Assembly (NCBI GenBank): GCA_964016885.1
Contig: OZ024740.1
Coordinates: forward strand, 197,098,001 to 197,162,000
Reading direction: 5' to 3'
Length of the DNA stretch: 64,000 bases
From: Eledone cirrhosa
Taxonomy: Eukaryota
Part shown: one piece after another, positions 25,895 through 37,843 of the stretch
How positions within the stretch are numbered: position 1 is the first letter of the stretch
How the letters are laid out: each line of letters opens with the position of its first letter
Notes under the pieces: generated by a model
What the model was told of the DNA's origin: nothing
Seen by the model: only the letters and a program-made list of their open reading frames with translations
The model's database searches: none
Position numbers and translations under genes: made by a program

Positions 25895-28800
25895 TTTCTA
25901 CGTTCACACACTACACCTTCTTCCCCACCTACATGGGTAAAAAAACCCAGAGAATATGGATAACCACCATCACCCCAAACATAAACTACTGGCGGTTACT
26001 AACTGGTTTCCTCAATTTAGACGAGGACAACCTCATTTCAATAGGGAAGGCATCCGGCGACGCGTTCAGTGGAATGAGTATCGAAGTTCTGACACAAATA
26101 AGGCCAGAACATATCGCCCAAATCCCTGAGCGCGTCATGCTGGATGACCGTACCCACCTCAACATTATTGTGGAGGGTAGGCGTCCCTCCTGTTACCTCT
26201 GTGGCAATAGAGGTCACCTGAGGGCTGCCTGTCCCCAGCTCACACAGAAAAAAACACTGCTACCAACACCAACACCACTCCAACAACAACAACAAAAATA
26301 ACCACAACAACAACAACAACACCAAAAACCAACAACACCACCACCACCACAACAACAACAACAAACGTGAAAAAACAACACAAAATATTGTCCCACCCAA
26401 CCCCTCCCCACCCAAAACAAATACAAAAACACACACACCGCAAACACTACCAGAAAACATACCCCTCCCACCCAACAAGGAAGACGAACCCCTTTCGTCG
26501 CAAGACGAAAAAGATCCCTTCCAAACAGTAAAAAGAAAGAAGAGGAGACGCACCACAGACACACTTGTTAACATTAACTCTCCCCAAGAGAACACAAACT
26601 ATATACACCCCCCCCTCCCCCTGTCACACAACACTAACTGCTACACAAAAAAAGACTTTACAATATACATACATGAACACAGACAACAAAGAACTAATGA
26701 ACACAATTGCATCAAACTCTTCGGTCCAAACTGAAGGGCCTAACTTTATAACTGCTGTGGGACTACCTCATTTAAAAATGATTAAAGTCCCAATGAACTT
26801 TTATAAAACACTGAAAACAAATTTCACGGAGGACGTGGGCCCCCCCCTGCGCCAAGCCAATCAACCGCGTCCTCCTAAAAAATCCCCCCAAACACACACA
26901 CCCCCAGACACCCACTCAACCACAAACGCCCCAACCCCACAACACACTGATGCCCCTTCACTTCCACAAACCACCACCCCACCCAACAACCCATCCCCAA
27001 CCAACATGGAAATTGAGCGGCCCGTTTTCCGGGACGCAGAGAGGTAAGTGCCTTTTCTCCTTACCACCAACATGGCTGTGCTAAGAATAGGGTGTCTAAA
27101 TGCGCGTGGCCTGGGCTCATCTTGGAAGCAAGCACTTCTTCTAAATGACCTCAGGTCACGATCTATAAATGTGATGGTTATCTGCGAGGCCCAGATCAGC
27201 AGCATGTGACAGCTAGCCCCCACCTTTGACGACTTTGAGATGCACGCATCTCTCTGTCAGCCCGGAGGTGGGGGTGGGGTTGTCGTTCTGCTGCAAAAAC
27301 ATCTGGGTCTTGCCACACAGATAGTTCACTTGGACCCAGGGGGTCGACTGGTGGTGCTGGACCTTGGCAGTGGTGAAGGTGGAGCCTTTAGGCTGGTAGC
27401 CGCATATTCCCCTTTTGGGACAGAGCGGCCCGACTTTTTCCAGCGTCTGGAGTCTTTTCTAGGGACGTCCCGTTCCCTGCTTTTAGTGGGGGACTGGAAT
27501 GGTATCCTGGATGCACGTTGGGACTATGCAGGGGCATGTCCCGATAGAGAGGGGTGCAACAGCCTCAAGGGGTTACTCGGTCGATTTGACCTGGTCGATA
27601 GATTTCGACTAGATTTTCCGACGGTGCCAACCTGGTCTTGGTCAAATCACAGCGGATCATCTAGGTCGTACCTAGATAGGTTTTTAGTTAGAAATAAGGA
27701 CAGGGACTTTTTAAGTTGTCCAGAAATGCTCATGGTTGGCTATTCAGACCACAAGTTGGTGACCTGCATGGTCAACCTTGATAGAACGCATAGACAGGGC
27801 CCCGGTTACTGGAAGCTCAACTTGTCCTTGCCGGCAAGTAGAGCTTACAGGGATCGGATTAGTACGTTAGTTAAGGAACGGTTGACTGGAGCGATCGTCA
27901 ACAGCAGGTGGTGGGTATCTCTAAAGAGAGAGATTAGAGTAGTCTCGATAGAATTTAGTAAGGTTCTAGCTGCGGATAGGAATAGGAAGAAAAGGGAGCT
28001 AATAGATAGTAGAAGAGGCAATTAGAAGCGGCGACGTGGCCAGAGTGCTAGTGTCGAGAACGGCTTTGAGCCAGTTTTTCGACGCGAAGCACGAAGTCTG
28101 CGTTGTCCGAAGTAAAATACGTGCTCTAGGGAATGAGGGGACCAAAGCTGTTAGCTGGGCCCGCGTGACAGAGGCCAAGAGTGGAACTAAATCCACCATC
28201 CGGTCTTTGCGAGACCAGGATGGACGGGCGATCCTTGAGCCTAAGCAGATGTGTGAGGCCTTTCAAAGGCACTTTGCCCGACTGTTCGGGAGGGGCGGGG
28301 AGCCAGTTGGGGATGTGGACTTCGGTCCATACCTCAACGGCCTGCCGCATCTCTCGGACAGGGAGGCGAAGTCCTGCGAGGAGCCGATTTCGGCCGCTGA
28401 GATAGAGGACGTGCTGAGCCAATGCGGCAAACGCAAATCCCCGGGTCTCGATGGTCTTCCATACGAATTATATCTAGCTATGCCGGACTTGTTCCCCGAT
28501 CTCCTTGAGGCGGTCTACTGCAACTGGCAACAGAACGGGAGAATTCCCTGTACTGTGACCAAGGGCGTAGTCACGCTAGTGAGGAAGGACGAGAACAAGG
28601 GGGACGAAATAAGTAACTTCAGGCCCATAACTCTGCTAAATACAGAGTTACAGATTTTGGCCAAGGTGTTAGCAAAGAGGTTGGCGCTTGCGTGGGCAAC
28701 CTGGTGGGAGATGCGCAGACATGTGCTATCCCATCCAGGTCCATCCATGACAACCTCCACCTCATGCGATACATCATAGAGAGGGTTGGGAACGAACCCG

Positions 28801-30768
28801 GCTTTGGTGGGGCTCTGATCAACTTGGATCAATCTAAGGCGTTCGATAGGGTCGACCATGGTTACCTGGATGCGGTGCTAGCGGCGGCAGGCTTCGGATC
28901 CGTTTTCAGGGGCTGGATCACTGCTATGCACAGCAGCCGCATCTGCTCTAGGGTCAAGGTGAACGGCTACCTCTCGGAGCCGTTCAAAATCGCGCGGTCA
29001 ATCCGACAAGGGTGCCCTCTCTCCTCCCTTCTGTATGTGTTGACTCTCGAACCACTACTGCGGAAGTTGGAGTTGTTGCAGGGCATCCCTTTGGAACCGG
29101 GATTGCAGAAAGCGGTGTCGGCCTACGCCGATGACGTGACAGTAATGGTGTCGACGGCCTCCGAAATCGGGGCGGTCGGCACCTTACTGGAGGAGTACGA
29201 AAGGTTCACAGGGGCTAAGCTAAACCGGGACAAGTCGATCGGTTTGCAACTCGGCACGTGGAGGGGCAGACCGATGCCCTCCGATGGCGTCGTCGGACGC
29301 TGGACGGAGGGCCCGGTGAAGTTTCTCGGGGTCTGGTTCGGACCGGACCTCCAGGTGGAGAAGAACTGGGCGGAGGTTACGAACAGGGTGTTTGCACTGA
29401 CCCAGAAGTGGGCCAGTTGCAAACTATCCCTGAAAGGTCGGGCGGAGGTGGCGAACACCTATATAGCGTCTGTCATCTACTACCGCCTGACCGTAGTGCC
29501 CTGCCCAAGGGAAACCCTCACCAAGGTGGAGCGCGCGCTCTTCCAATTCCTTTGGAAGAGGCGGGCTCCCTTGGTGAGGAGATCCATCTGCTGTCAACAC
29601 CCTTTGAAAGGAGGGCTGGGGATGCCGTGGCTAATGATGCGTAAACACGCATTAAGGCTACGGCACCTCCACGTATTCCTCACTGGTCAACCGGTGTTGG
29701 CCTCGCTTGTGAGACGAACCTTTCCCAGACTCGTCTCACTCACCGAGCTGCAATCCTGGGTCAAGCAAAGACCGAGAAAACTGGGCGCCTGGCACACTGA
29801 GTGTGCCCAGGCACTCACCGCCCTCTGGCAGGCGGATCCGGTTATCAGTGGAGACTCCACCGCAAGATTCTATAGAGGGCTGGTACGCAGCAGGTGCAAC
29901 GACGCCCTCGGAGAAGCCCTAGACATGGAGGAGGACGAACTGGCCAGCCTGTTCGGTAGGACATTCAACCCGGGACCTATGGACAACTTCCAGAAGTCCC
30001 TGGCCTGGCAGTGCTACCGAGGGGCTCTACCTGTTCGAGAAAAGCTCTACAGACACGGGCGCCCGGGTAGGGACCCCGCCAAAAAGATCTGTCCCAGATG
30101 CGTGTGCGACGAGGAAACCGTTGCACACGCATTGGTACACTGCTCGGGCATAGCCGATCTGTGGGGCTATGTCGAACAACTGCTGTCAAGGGTGGGACCG
30201 ATCCGGTTGACCACCGAGTCTATTGTAATGATCAAGCCGCCTCCCCCCTTCAAAGATGAAGGAGAGGCGGTGTTTCTGTGCGTAATAGCCATGGTGAAAG
30301 AAGTTGTATGGTGGACGCGTCTGAAAAGTCTGAGGTCAGGCACCTTTCTCTCTGGCCAACAACTGGTCTGTTTCTTCCGATATCATTTCGGAAGAAAGAT
30401 CAGGATGGAGAGAGAGGTGCTCCACCCCAGTCGTTTTTATGAAAGGTGGGTGAAAGTGGCGAGAATGGCCCATGTGAATGGGCCTTCTCTTTACATAAGC
30501 CTGTAGGTGGAAAAGAGGAAGGAACGAGGGAGCACCCCCTCTCTGTGCTCCTGAGGAGAAGGGTTGCACACTTTTTTCGGGAGTGTGTGCGACCCCCCCA
30601 AGGCGCCTCCTCTCTATTGAGGATTTTGTTATAATTTTATTTTTTGTTATATTTTATTTTATTTTTATATATTGTTATTGCCTCCTCCCTATTGAGGACG
30701 CCTTGTTTTGTAAACTCCCCCCATTGTACTTGTCCTACTTTTGATGCCCTGGTGGCAAATAAAAGAAA
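25895..30768 (+). mobile_element. Near full-length Tx1/L1-clade LINE, disrupted
   Basis: ORF1 remnant with CCHC knuckle CYLCGNRGHLRAAC (26191-26232). ORF2 starts at ATG 27072 (MAVLRIGCLNARGL) with APE motifs GDWN, YLDRF, SDH; RT YADD at 29124-29135; C-terminal CPRC..ETVAHALVHC; stop 30506. Lesions: stop at ~27208, frameshifts at ~28015 and ~28690. Confidence 0.93.
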
Positions 30769-31884
30769 CATATCATTTCTAGACACACACATAACACTAT
30801 TTAGATACCACTACTGTCCATATTTCTCATGTTTGGTCAACCACATACATTACTCACTAGTTTAATAGTCCATGACATGTCTCAAATACCCTCCTGTTAT
30901 TCAAGTACTCCAATATTTTCTGATATTGGACTATAACAAAAACAAGCACTATTTATTCAGTGATACACCATGAGTACTTATGTAAAATGTATTGAACATT
31001 GTATTCAGATAAACTTGAACATTAGTTTATGTTATATGTCATGTTTTAATGATTGAATACTATGTTTATAAATAGTGTGGAAATGTCAAATAAAAATAGT
31101 GCTGAAGTACTGATAGGACACTATAAATATATAGATTACCTCACCTTTCTCTGACACTTTTAAATTATTTATAATTTTAATAATCTTTGGCTACCCATAT
31201 GTTAAATTTTAGTGATAAAATAAAACTGGGTTTTTAGCAGATGGTTCTTTATTAAATTCCAATCCAAACTTTTTTTTTTGTAAAAATGTAGCGTTTTAAA
31301 CCAGTTTGTACCATGTTGTTTACTTTGGTCTCTCTACAATTGTTAACTTTATCTTCCTTGATTTGAACCTATAAGAAAAAAAAACATTCAAATGGAAGGA
31401 AATATAAGAAACAACTTTTATTAACACCTTTTTAATGAATAGAATTTTTGTCAAGATGGGTGGTTAAAAATTATTAAAATTATAAATAGTTAATTGACAG
31501 AGATAAGTGAGACACCTTGTACACTCCTGTTTATCACCATCATCATTATGTAATGTCTGCTCTCAGCAGGTCAAATACTGTGGATCACTCTAATGCTGTC
31601 TCTGGTTAACTACAGATTTATACATGGCAAGATTTCAATCCTTTCCAGTGGTTACTGCTAGGCCACAGCAAGATCAGAATGCAAAAGAGCTAGAACAAAT
31701 ACTGCAAGACATCCCATCTAATGCTCTAATGATTTTACCTGCTAGAAATAATAGCAAAATCTACCTTGAATTATATCTAACTAATTCAAAAAGCAAGGAA
31801 TGAAACATTTGATAATGTTAAAATTATAGAGGATAGAAGTATAGAGGTGGTATCATGTGATACATAATGTAGGTTCGAGTATTA

Positions 31885-32302
31885 ACCATAATATATGGCG
31901 AAGTATCTTTTGTGATTGACTACACAATATATAGGACTATTGAACAGAATTTGTAATATAATCGGCTTGTCTCCCCACAGCGCCGGTGGACAGAATGGAG
32001 AAGGCGTTTCCCTGGAGGACGGCAAGGGAGACGCACTGGAAAAGCTACTCAAACTCGCGGGGCTCACTCCTGCAGCTGGCCAGCTCAGCACCTATGGTGG
32101 TGAGTAGGGAGGTAGCCCTAGGGCCGAGAATACCAGAAGTCTCTACTGCCAAGGGTACAACCGCAAACCTGTTGAAGAGCGACCGGTATTTGAGGAGTTT
32201 GGCCTCCTCAGCCCGACGTGCAGCAGAACCTGGGTTAGTCACAAACTGCACCAGATTGCGGCTGCAGAAAGTGTTGGTGCAAGTGGCATCCCAGACGAGG
32301 GA
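31885..32302 (-). mobile_element. CRE-like non-LTR retrotransposon 3' fragment (restriction-like endonuclease)
   Basis: Minus translation 'VWDATCTNT...AEEAKLLKY..FAVVPLAVETSGILG...SLAVLQGNA' fits the REL C-terminus as I recall it for CRE-clade elements. Confidence 0.7.
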
Positions 32303-32309
32303 ATGTTAT

Positions 32310-32800
32310 AGTACCCAATGTAAACTATGGACGCACAAGAGATATAGTGGGATCACAGAACGACTTCATATACAGCAGATGCACAGGAATCATTAGTAGT
32401 AAGAATACCCATGAAATCAATCCCTAGAAATAGTCAATTGCTTCCAATACCTAGTTGAACTAATTAGCAGTAGAAGATAATGTTCTGAAGGCTTAGTAGC
32501 CAGAGTAAGAGAACAACAACCATTTTAAGGCCATTTCTATAGCATAGGGCATTTTTAGGGCAAGTTTTTACAGCCTGGTGCTAATCCTTTAAGTTGTCTC
32601 TCGTCACATGCAGGGATATGGTGCATTTATTCTAAACTGGATACACAGAGTCGGTAGCAAGAATAGGAATGAGATTAAAAAAAAAGTTCAGAGAGCTATT
32701 TTCTTCTAGTGACAAAGAGATCTTCATTCCAATTGAAGGACAGATTATATAATTTTTGTGTATGAAACATAATATTGCATGGTAACAAATTGTAAAATCT
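32310..32800 (+). mobile_element. Degenerate RTE fragment
   Basis: 'QCKLWTHKRYSGI' PHD remnant, and 'gaaggacagattatataatttttgtgtatga' collinear with 10425-10450. Confidence 0.6.
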
Positions 32801-33503
32801 TGTACATAAAATATTACTGATCAGGAAAATTTACCTGAAATTATGTAGATATGAAGAAATAGAAAATTGAAATAGTAATAATAATAAATGTGACGAAGAT
32901 GATGGTAATTATAATGAAGAATGATTGCTATCAAATATTAAAATATTTTTTTCCTTAATTATCTTAATTAAGATTATATTTTGTTATTAATCACATTGCC
33001 AACCATACTACTTATTTACATATGCTACCATTTGTTTACATTGCAGGCTGATGATGAAAATATTAAAATTATTTATTTATATGTTGCTGTTTTAAATCCT
33101 TCATTTAAAATTTTTGAAGAATTTAAAATAAAATGCTGCAGGCTTCCCAATGGAGGAAATGTTTGCATTAAAGAATACACGCATGCACACACACATCCAC
33201 AGGCGCGCACGCACACACACACACACACGCACACACACACACACACACACATACTTGATGGTGTAGGATGTGAAGACACATACACAAACATGTACATACA
33301 AATGACAGGCTACACACAAAGTAGAAGACACTTTCCCAAAGTACCTTGCAGTGTGACTGAACCCAAAACTCCATAATTTGGAAGCAAACTTCTTTTATAA
33401 TTTATATGAAACTTATATAATTTATTAGAGTCTTCATTCTATAGCTAATGTTACCTGTCTCAACCATCTACCAATATTGTTCCTGTCAAGTACCTAAAAA
33501 GTG

Positions 33504-33730
33504 GAGGCTTGTGGCCTTAAAATCATAATGCAGTGGGTTCGATTCCTGGACTGGGTTGCGTGTTGTGTTCTTGAACAGAACACTTCCTTTCACGTTGCTA
33601 CAGTATACTCAGCTGTAAATGAGTACAAGCAATAGCTGGGAGTTTAACCCTGCGATGGACAGGCGTCCTTACCATTGGGAAATCTTGTACTCTCAGTTGC
33701 TACATGGCACAGAAGCCAAGATAAGTACCC
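33504..33730 (+). mobile_element. tRNA-derived CORE-like SINE, variant tail
   Basis: Box B GGTTCGATTCC; very similar to 45365-45620. Confidence 0.8.
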
Positions 33731-33866
33731 AAAGAAGGCTGAAATAGGAGACATCAGCTTTAGAATGAACCTTCTAATATATGTTAACATGCTTTGGTAT
33801 ATATTGAGTGCTTTATTGAATTTGAATGTGGTGTGTTTTTTTAAACTAAGAACATCTGAAATAAAA

Positions 33867-33899
<33 letters not shown>

Positions 33900-33901
<2 letters not shown>

Positions 33902-34214
33902 AAGGCGGGTAAAATTCCCGAGATACATGGATGTATACACTGAGGATGAAAAACTCAGAGCTGTATGGGAGCATCCCAAAAGTCAGCTCAAAAGTGACAC
34001 AGAGGAGACTGAGGTTAGCTGGACATGCTCACCGACATCCAGAGTTGACATTGCACTCAGTGCTCCTTTGGGAGCCCCTACATGGACACACTGGAAGAGG
34101 AAGACCAAGGTTGACGTATGTTGATGCCCTAAGGTCAGACACTGGTCTGATGGAGATGCAGGACATGGCAGCGATAATGAGGGACAGAGACCGCTGGAGA
34201 GAACTCGTCCATGG
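33900..34214 (+). mobile_element. RTE-type LINE 3' fragment between (TA)n tracts
   Basis: 'RRLRLAGHAHRHPE..VLLWEPLHGHTGRGRPRLTYVDAL..DRDRWR'. Confidence 0.85.
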
Positions 34215-34232
34215 ATATATATATATATATAT

Positions 34233-34782
34233 ATAAAATATTAAACAAATAATGAACAAACAATTCCTTATATTAAACAAAAAAAGGTTCACTATTTAAC
34301 GATCGTTTCTAGGGCATATATGTGCTATAATTGGTATGCATATTTAACAGATCTATGTACAAAATTATACAAAATTATACAAATTATCAAGATTAAATAT
34401 ACATACCTAACTCATATATACGCCGTCTTCAGAAATAAATTAAATTTCTGAAGACGGCGTATATATGAGTTAGGTATGTATATTTAATCTTGATAATTTG
34501 TATAATTTTGTATAATTTTGTACATAGATCTGTTAAATATGCATACCAATTATAGCACATATATGCCCTAGAAACGATCGTTAAATAGTGAACCTTTTTT
34601 TGTTTAATATAAGGAATTGTTTGTTCATTATTTGTTTAATATTTTATCTTGACTCTGTATACCGTTTATCTTTCACCGAAATTGGATTTTCATTACATCT
34701 CTTCTTTCCATGATATCCGGAATACATTGAGTTCTTCATACGGATTGGACACTACCGTAAACTCTTGGTAGATTTATCTACA
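34233..34782 (+). mobile_element. Fold-back non-autonomous element 2 (Penelope-like/retrozyme-like) in (TA)n
   Basis: Perfect 204-bp inverted repeat (34233-34436 / 34444-34647, 7-nt spacer) plus a ~135-bp tail; flanked by (TA)n. Confidence 0.8.
34444..34586 (+). ncRNA. Type I hammerhead-like motif with ~115-nt stem II
   Basis: attt/aaat stem I; CTGAAGA 34448-54; long hairpin (ggcgtatat/atatatgcc and ggtatgtatatttaa/ttaaatatgcatacc); GAAAC-GATC-GTT 34571-82. The stem II base is non-canonical (C opposite CTA). Confidence 0.65.
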
Positions 34783-34804
34783 TATATATATATATATATA
34801 TCTA

Positions 34805-34846
<42 letters not shown>

Positions 34847-34981
34847 CAAATAACGAAACGAAATTAAATTTCGTTTCGCTTCTAACTCACTTTTGTATCA
34901 CTGACGCTTAAACAATTAAGTTAAAGTGTACATCTACATATGTATACGGAAGTATTAGTATGCATATAAATACACACATGT

Positions 34982-35042
<61 letters not shown>

Positions 35043-35045
35043 TAT

Positions 35046-35084
<39 letters not shown>

Positions 35085-35086
<2 letters not shown>

Positions 35087-35417
35087 GGCATGTGGCTTAG
35101 TGGTTAGAGCATTGGCCTTGCAATCGAAAGGTTCTGAGTTCAATTCTCAGACCGGGTGATGTGTTGTTTCCTTGAGCAAGATACTTTATTTCACATTGCT
35201 CCAGTTTACTCAGCTGTAGAAATGAGATGATAGGGACTGAGGTCCCTATCATTCCACTGCAAAGTGGTCGTGGAGGTGCCACGGCAAAAAAACACCCATG
35301 AGGTTGGTGTTAGGAAGGGCATCCAGCTCTAGAAATCAACCCAGAATCAGTTCCCGTCCCACCCTTGCAAGCAGGGAAAAAGCGGACGTAAAATGAAATG
35401 ATGATGATGATGATGAT
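35085..35417 (+). mobile_element. Family A SINE with RTE tail
   Basis: Near-identical to 19014-19350. Confidence 0.92.
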
Positions 35418-35893
35418 ATATATATATATATATATAAACTCTACTGTACAGCTGATCCGTGTTATTCGTCATCCTTTATATATAGGTGTGTGTATGTGTG
35501 TATATATATATATTTCAGATGTTCTTAGTTTAAAAAAATCCGGGCGCTTCCAACCATTTCTGTTGGAAGCGCCCAGATAGTCCGGGACTATCCGGGCGCT
35601 TCCAACAGAAATGGTCGCATTCTTTAAGGGTATGTCAATATTTATTTATAAAACTGATCTATATTATATTTTATCTGATGAAAGCGCACCATAATTTGAC
35701 TTGGTGTCCTTGAAATATGTATAATGAAATAAATATGGTTTTATAAATATAGTTTCCATTTGTTAATATATTGTATATATATATATATATATTTCAGATG
35801 TTCTTAGTTTAAAAAAACATCTACAATGTGATCCCTGATGCAAATAAAAGAATTCAATATAATTATTATTATTATCATTATTATTTTCTGCAG

Positions 35894-36314
35894 AAGAGAA
35901 GATTCAGAACTAGATGGAGAAGAAGAGTTCTACTACACAGAAATTGAAGTTACTGATGATGGAAGTGGCAGTGTTGGTGGTGGTGGTGGTGGTGGTGGTG
36001 GTGGTGGCGGTGGTGGTGGCGGTGGTGGTGGTGGCGGTGGTGGTGGTGGCGGCAGTGGTGGTGGTGTTGTTGGTGGTAGTCACCCTGATAATACTATTGA
36101 ATGCGTTGACCCACTAGTTCCTGCCACCCCCAGTAGTACTTCTCTACCATCGACCAAAGTCTTCTCCTCATGTAGTGCACCCACAGCTACAATCCCAACA
36201 GCTAACATCCCTGTAGTGACTAACACACCCATTGCAATAAATCTGACAACTTCCAAGAATGTGGTTTCATCAAAGGCTGTATTTGGGATTCCAGACCATG
36301 ACTATCAAAAAAAG
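35894..36314 (+). CDS. ZNF704: ZNF704/ZNF395/SLC2A4RG-family transcription factor, internal exon
   Basis: Acceptor ttttctgcag, phase 2 start; REDSELDGEEEFYYTEIEV, Gly26, PDHDYQKK; donor AAG|gtaagt, phase 0. The symbol is family-level; orthology is untested. Confidence 0.9.
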
Positions 36315-36329
36315 GTAAGTTCAAGTTAA

Positions 36330-36536
36330 CCCTTTAGCATTCACATTACTCTATATTTACTATTGTATTTTCACGGTAAAGGCTTTATCTTAAATAATAC
36401 CGAATCTATGAGATTTTGATATCATTTATTTTGAAAACAATACCTTAATGTTGGATGAGCAGCTGGTTACGGCTGATTTGAACGGAGAGAGATGAGAGAA
36501 TTCTAGCTGGATACAGCTGGTTTAAATGCTAAAGGA
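36330..36536. mobile_element. piggyBac-like MITE (copy 3)
   Basis: TTAA-CCCTTTAGCATT...AATGCTAAAGGA-TTAA. Confidence 0.88.
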
Positions 36537-37766
36537 TTAATGTTTAAGGAGTTGTTTTTTTTGGCAAACATTAGTTCTCAGGTTCAATCCTCCTGTGTGA
36601 CATCTTGGGCAAGTGTCATTTACTGCAGCCACAGGTCAATTCATGCCTTGGAAGGAAAATTGGGTAGATGGAGGTTATTTGGAAGCTATTGAATGGACTA
36701 TATCTGTAATTCAAAGGGTTAGCCTTGTGTCACACTGAATCTCACTGAGAATTATGTTAAGAATACATGTGTCTATGGAATGCTCAGTTATTTACATGTT
36801 AATTGCTCAGTTATTTACATGTTAATTTCATGAGCTGGCCACTCCATTGATTAGACAACAAGGGCAACTTATACACAAGTATATATGGCATATATCATTA
36901 TTACATAACAGAAAATCCTGATGTATAACAGGGAATGTGCTAGATTGAAGTCCCACACAGTTGTATGTGTCTTTGTGGTTTCTCTTATATTTTCCACCTT
37001 CTGAGGGCTGTAGATTAAGTACCTTTCATTGTTATTCTTCGTCTTAGCTCTATCAACCAACTGAGTAGACCTAAGATTAAAAGCATAACAGCCATTACCA
37101 TCTTGTTTTAATGATATGTATGTAGGTCTACATTATCTAATGTTTTTTTCTCTTATTTATGTACGCAGCCTGCCTGAAAGCTTAAGAAGTTCACTTCACA
37201 GTCATTAGGTTTGATTCCACTGTTTGGTTTCTTGAGCAAATGTCATTTATGATAGTTTCAAGTCAACCCAAACCTTATGAATTAAACTGTAATACAAAGG
37301 GTCATCCTTGTCACACAATGTGTCATATTGAATATCCTTGAAAATTATGTTAATTTCATGATCTGACTATCCTGTTGATTAATCTGAGGAAGATCTATTC
37401 CATTCCCTTATTTAAGATGGTACATACACCACGGTCAGGCCTCATACTGTAAACCAGACAACACATCCAATACAGTCATTTTCTTTTGTACTTGTCTTCT
37501 CTTATCATCTGTTTACCCAAGCAAAGCTAGAAAAATATAATCCATACATTGTAGTAGAATTATGCCTGTGATTTTGTTTGGACTCTTTACAATCCTCTCA
37601 GACTCATGGATATTGGCAGAATCATAAAATATTTCTTCTCTGGCCCCCACTGCTAGGCCAGCCTGCTTTTCTTTTCATGTCACATCAATGTACATCACAT
37701 TTAACTCTATATTATAGCCAGGCTGAACTAGTGATGGGGGCCAAATTGATCACTTGGTATAAGCCA

Positions 37767-37840
<74 letters not shown>

Positions 37841-37843
<3 letters not shown>

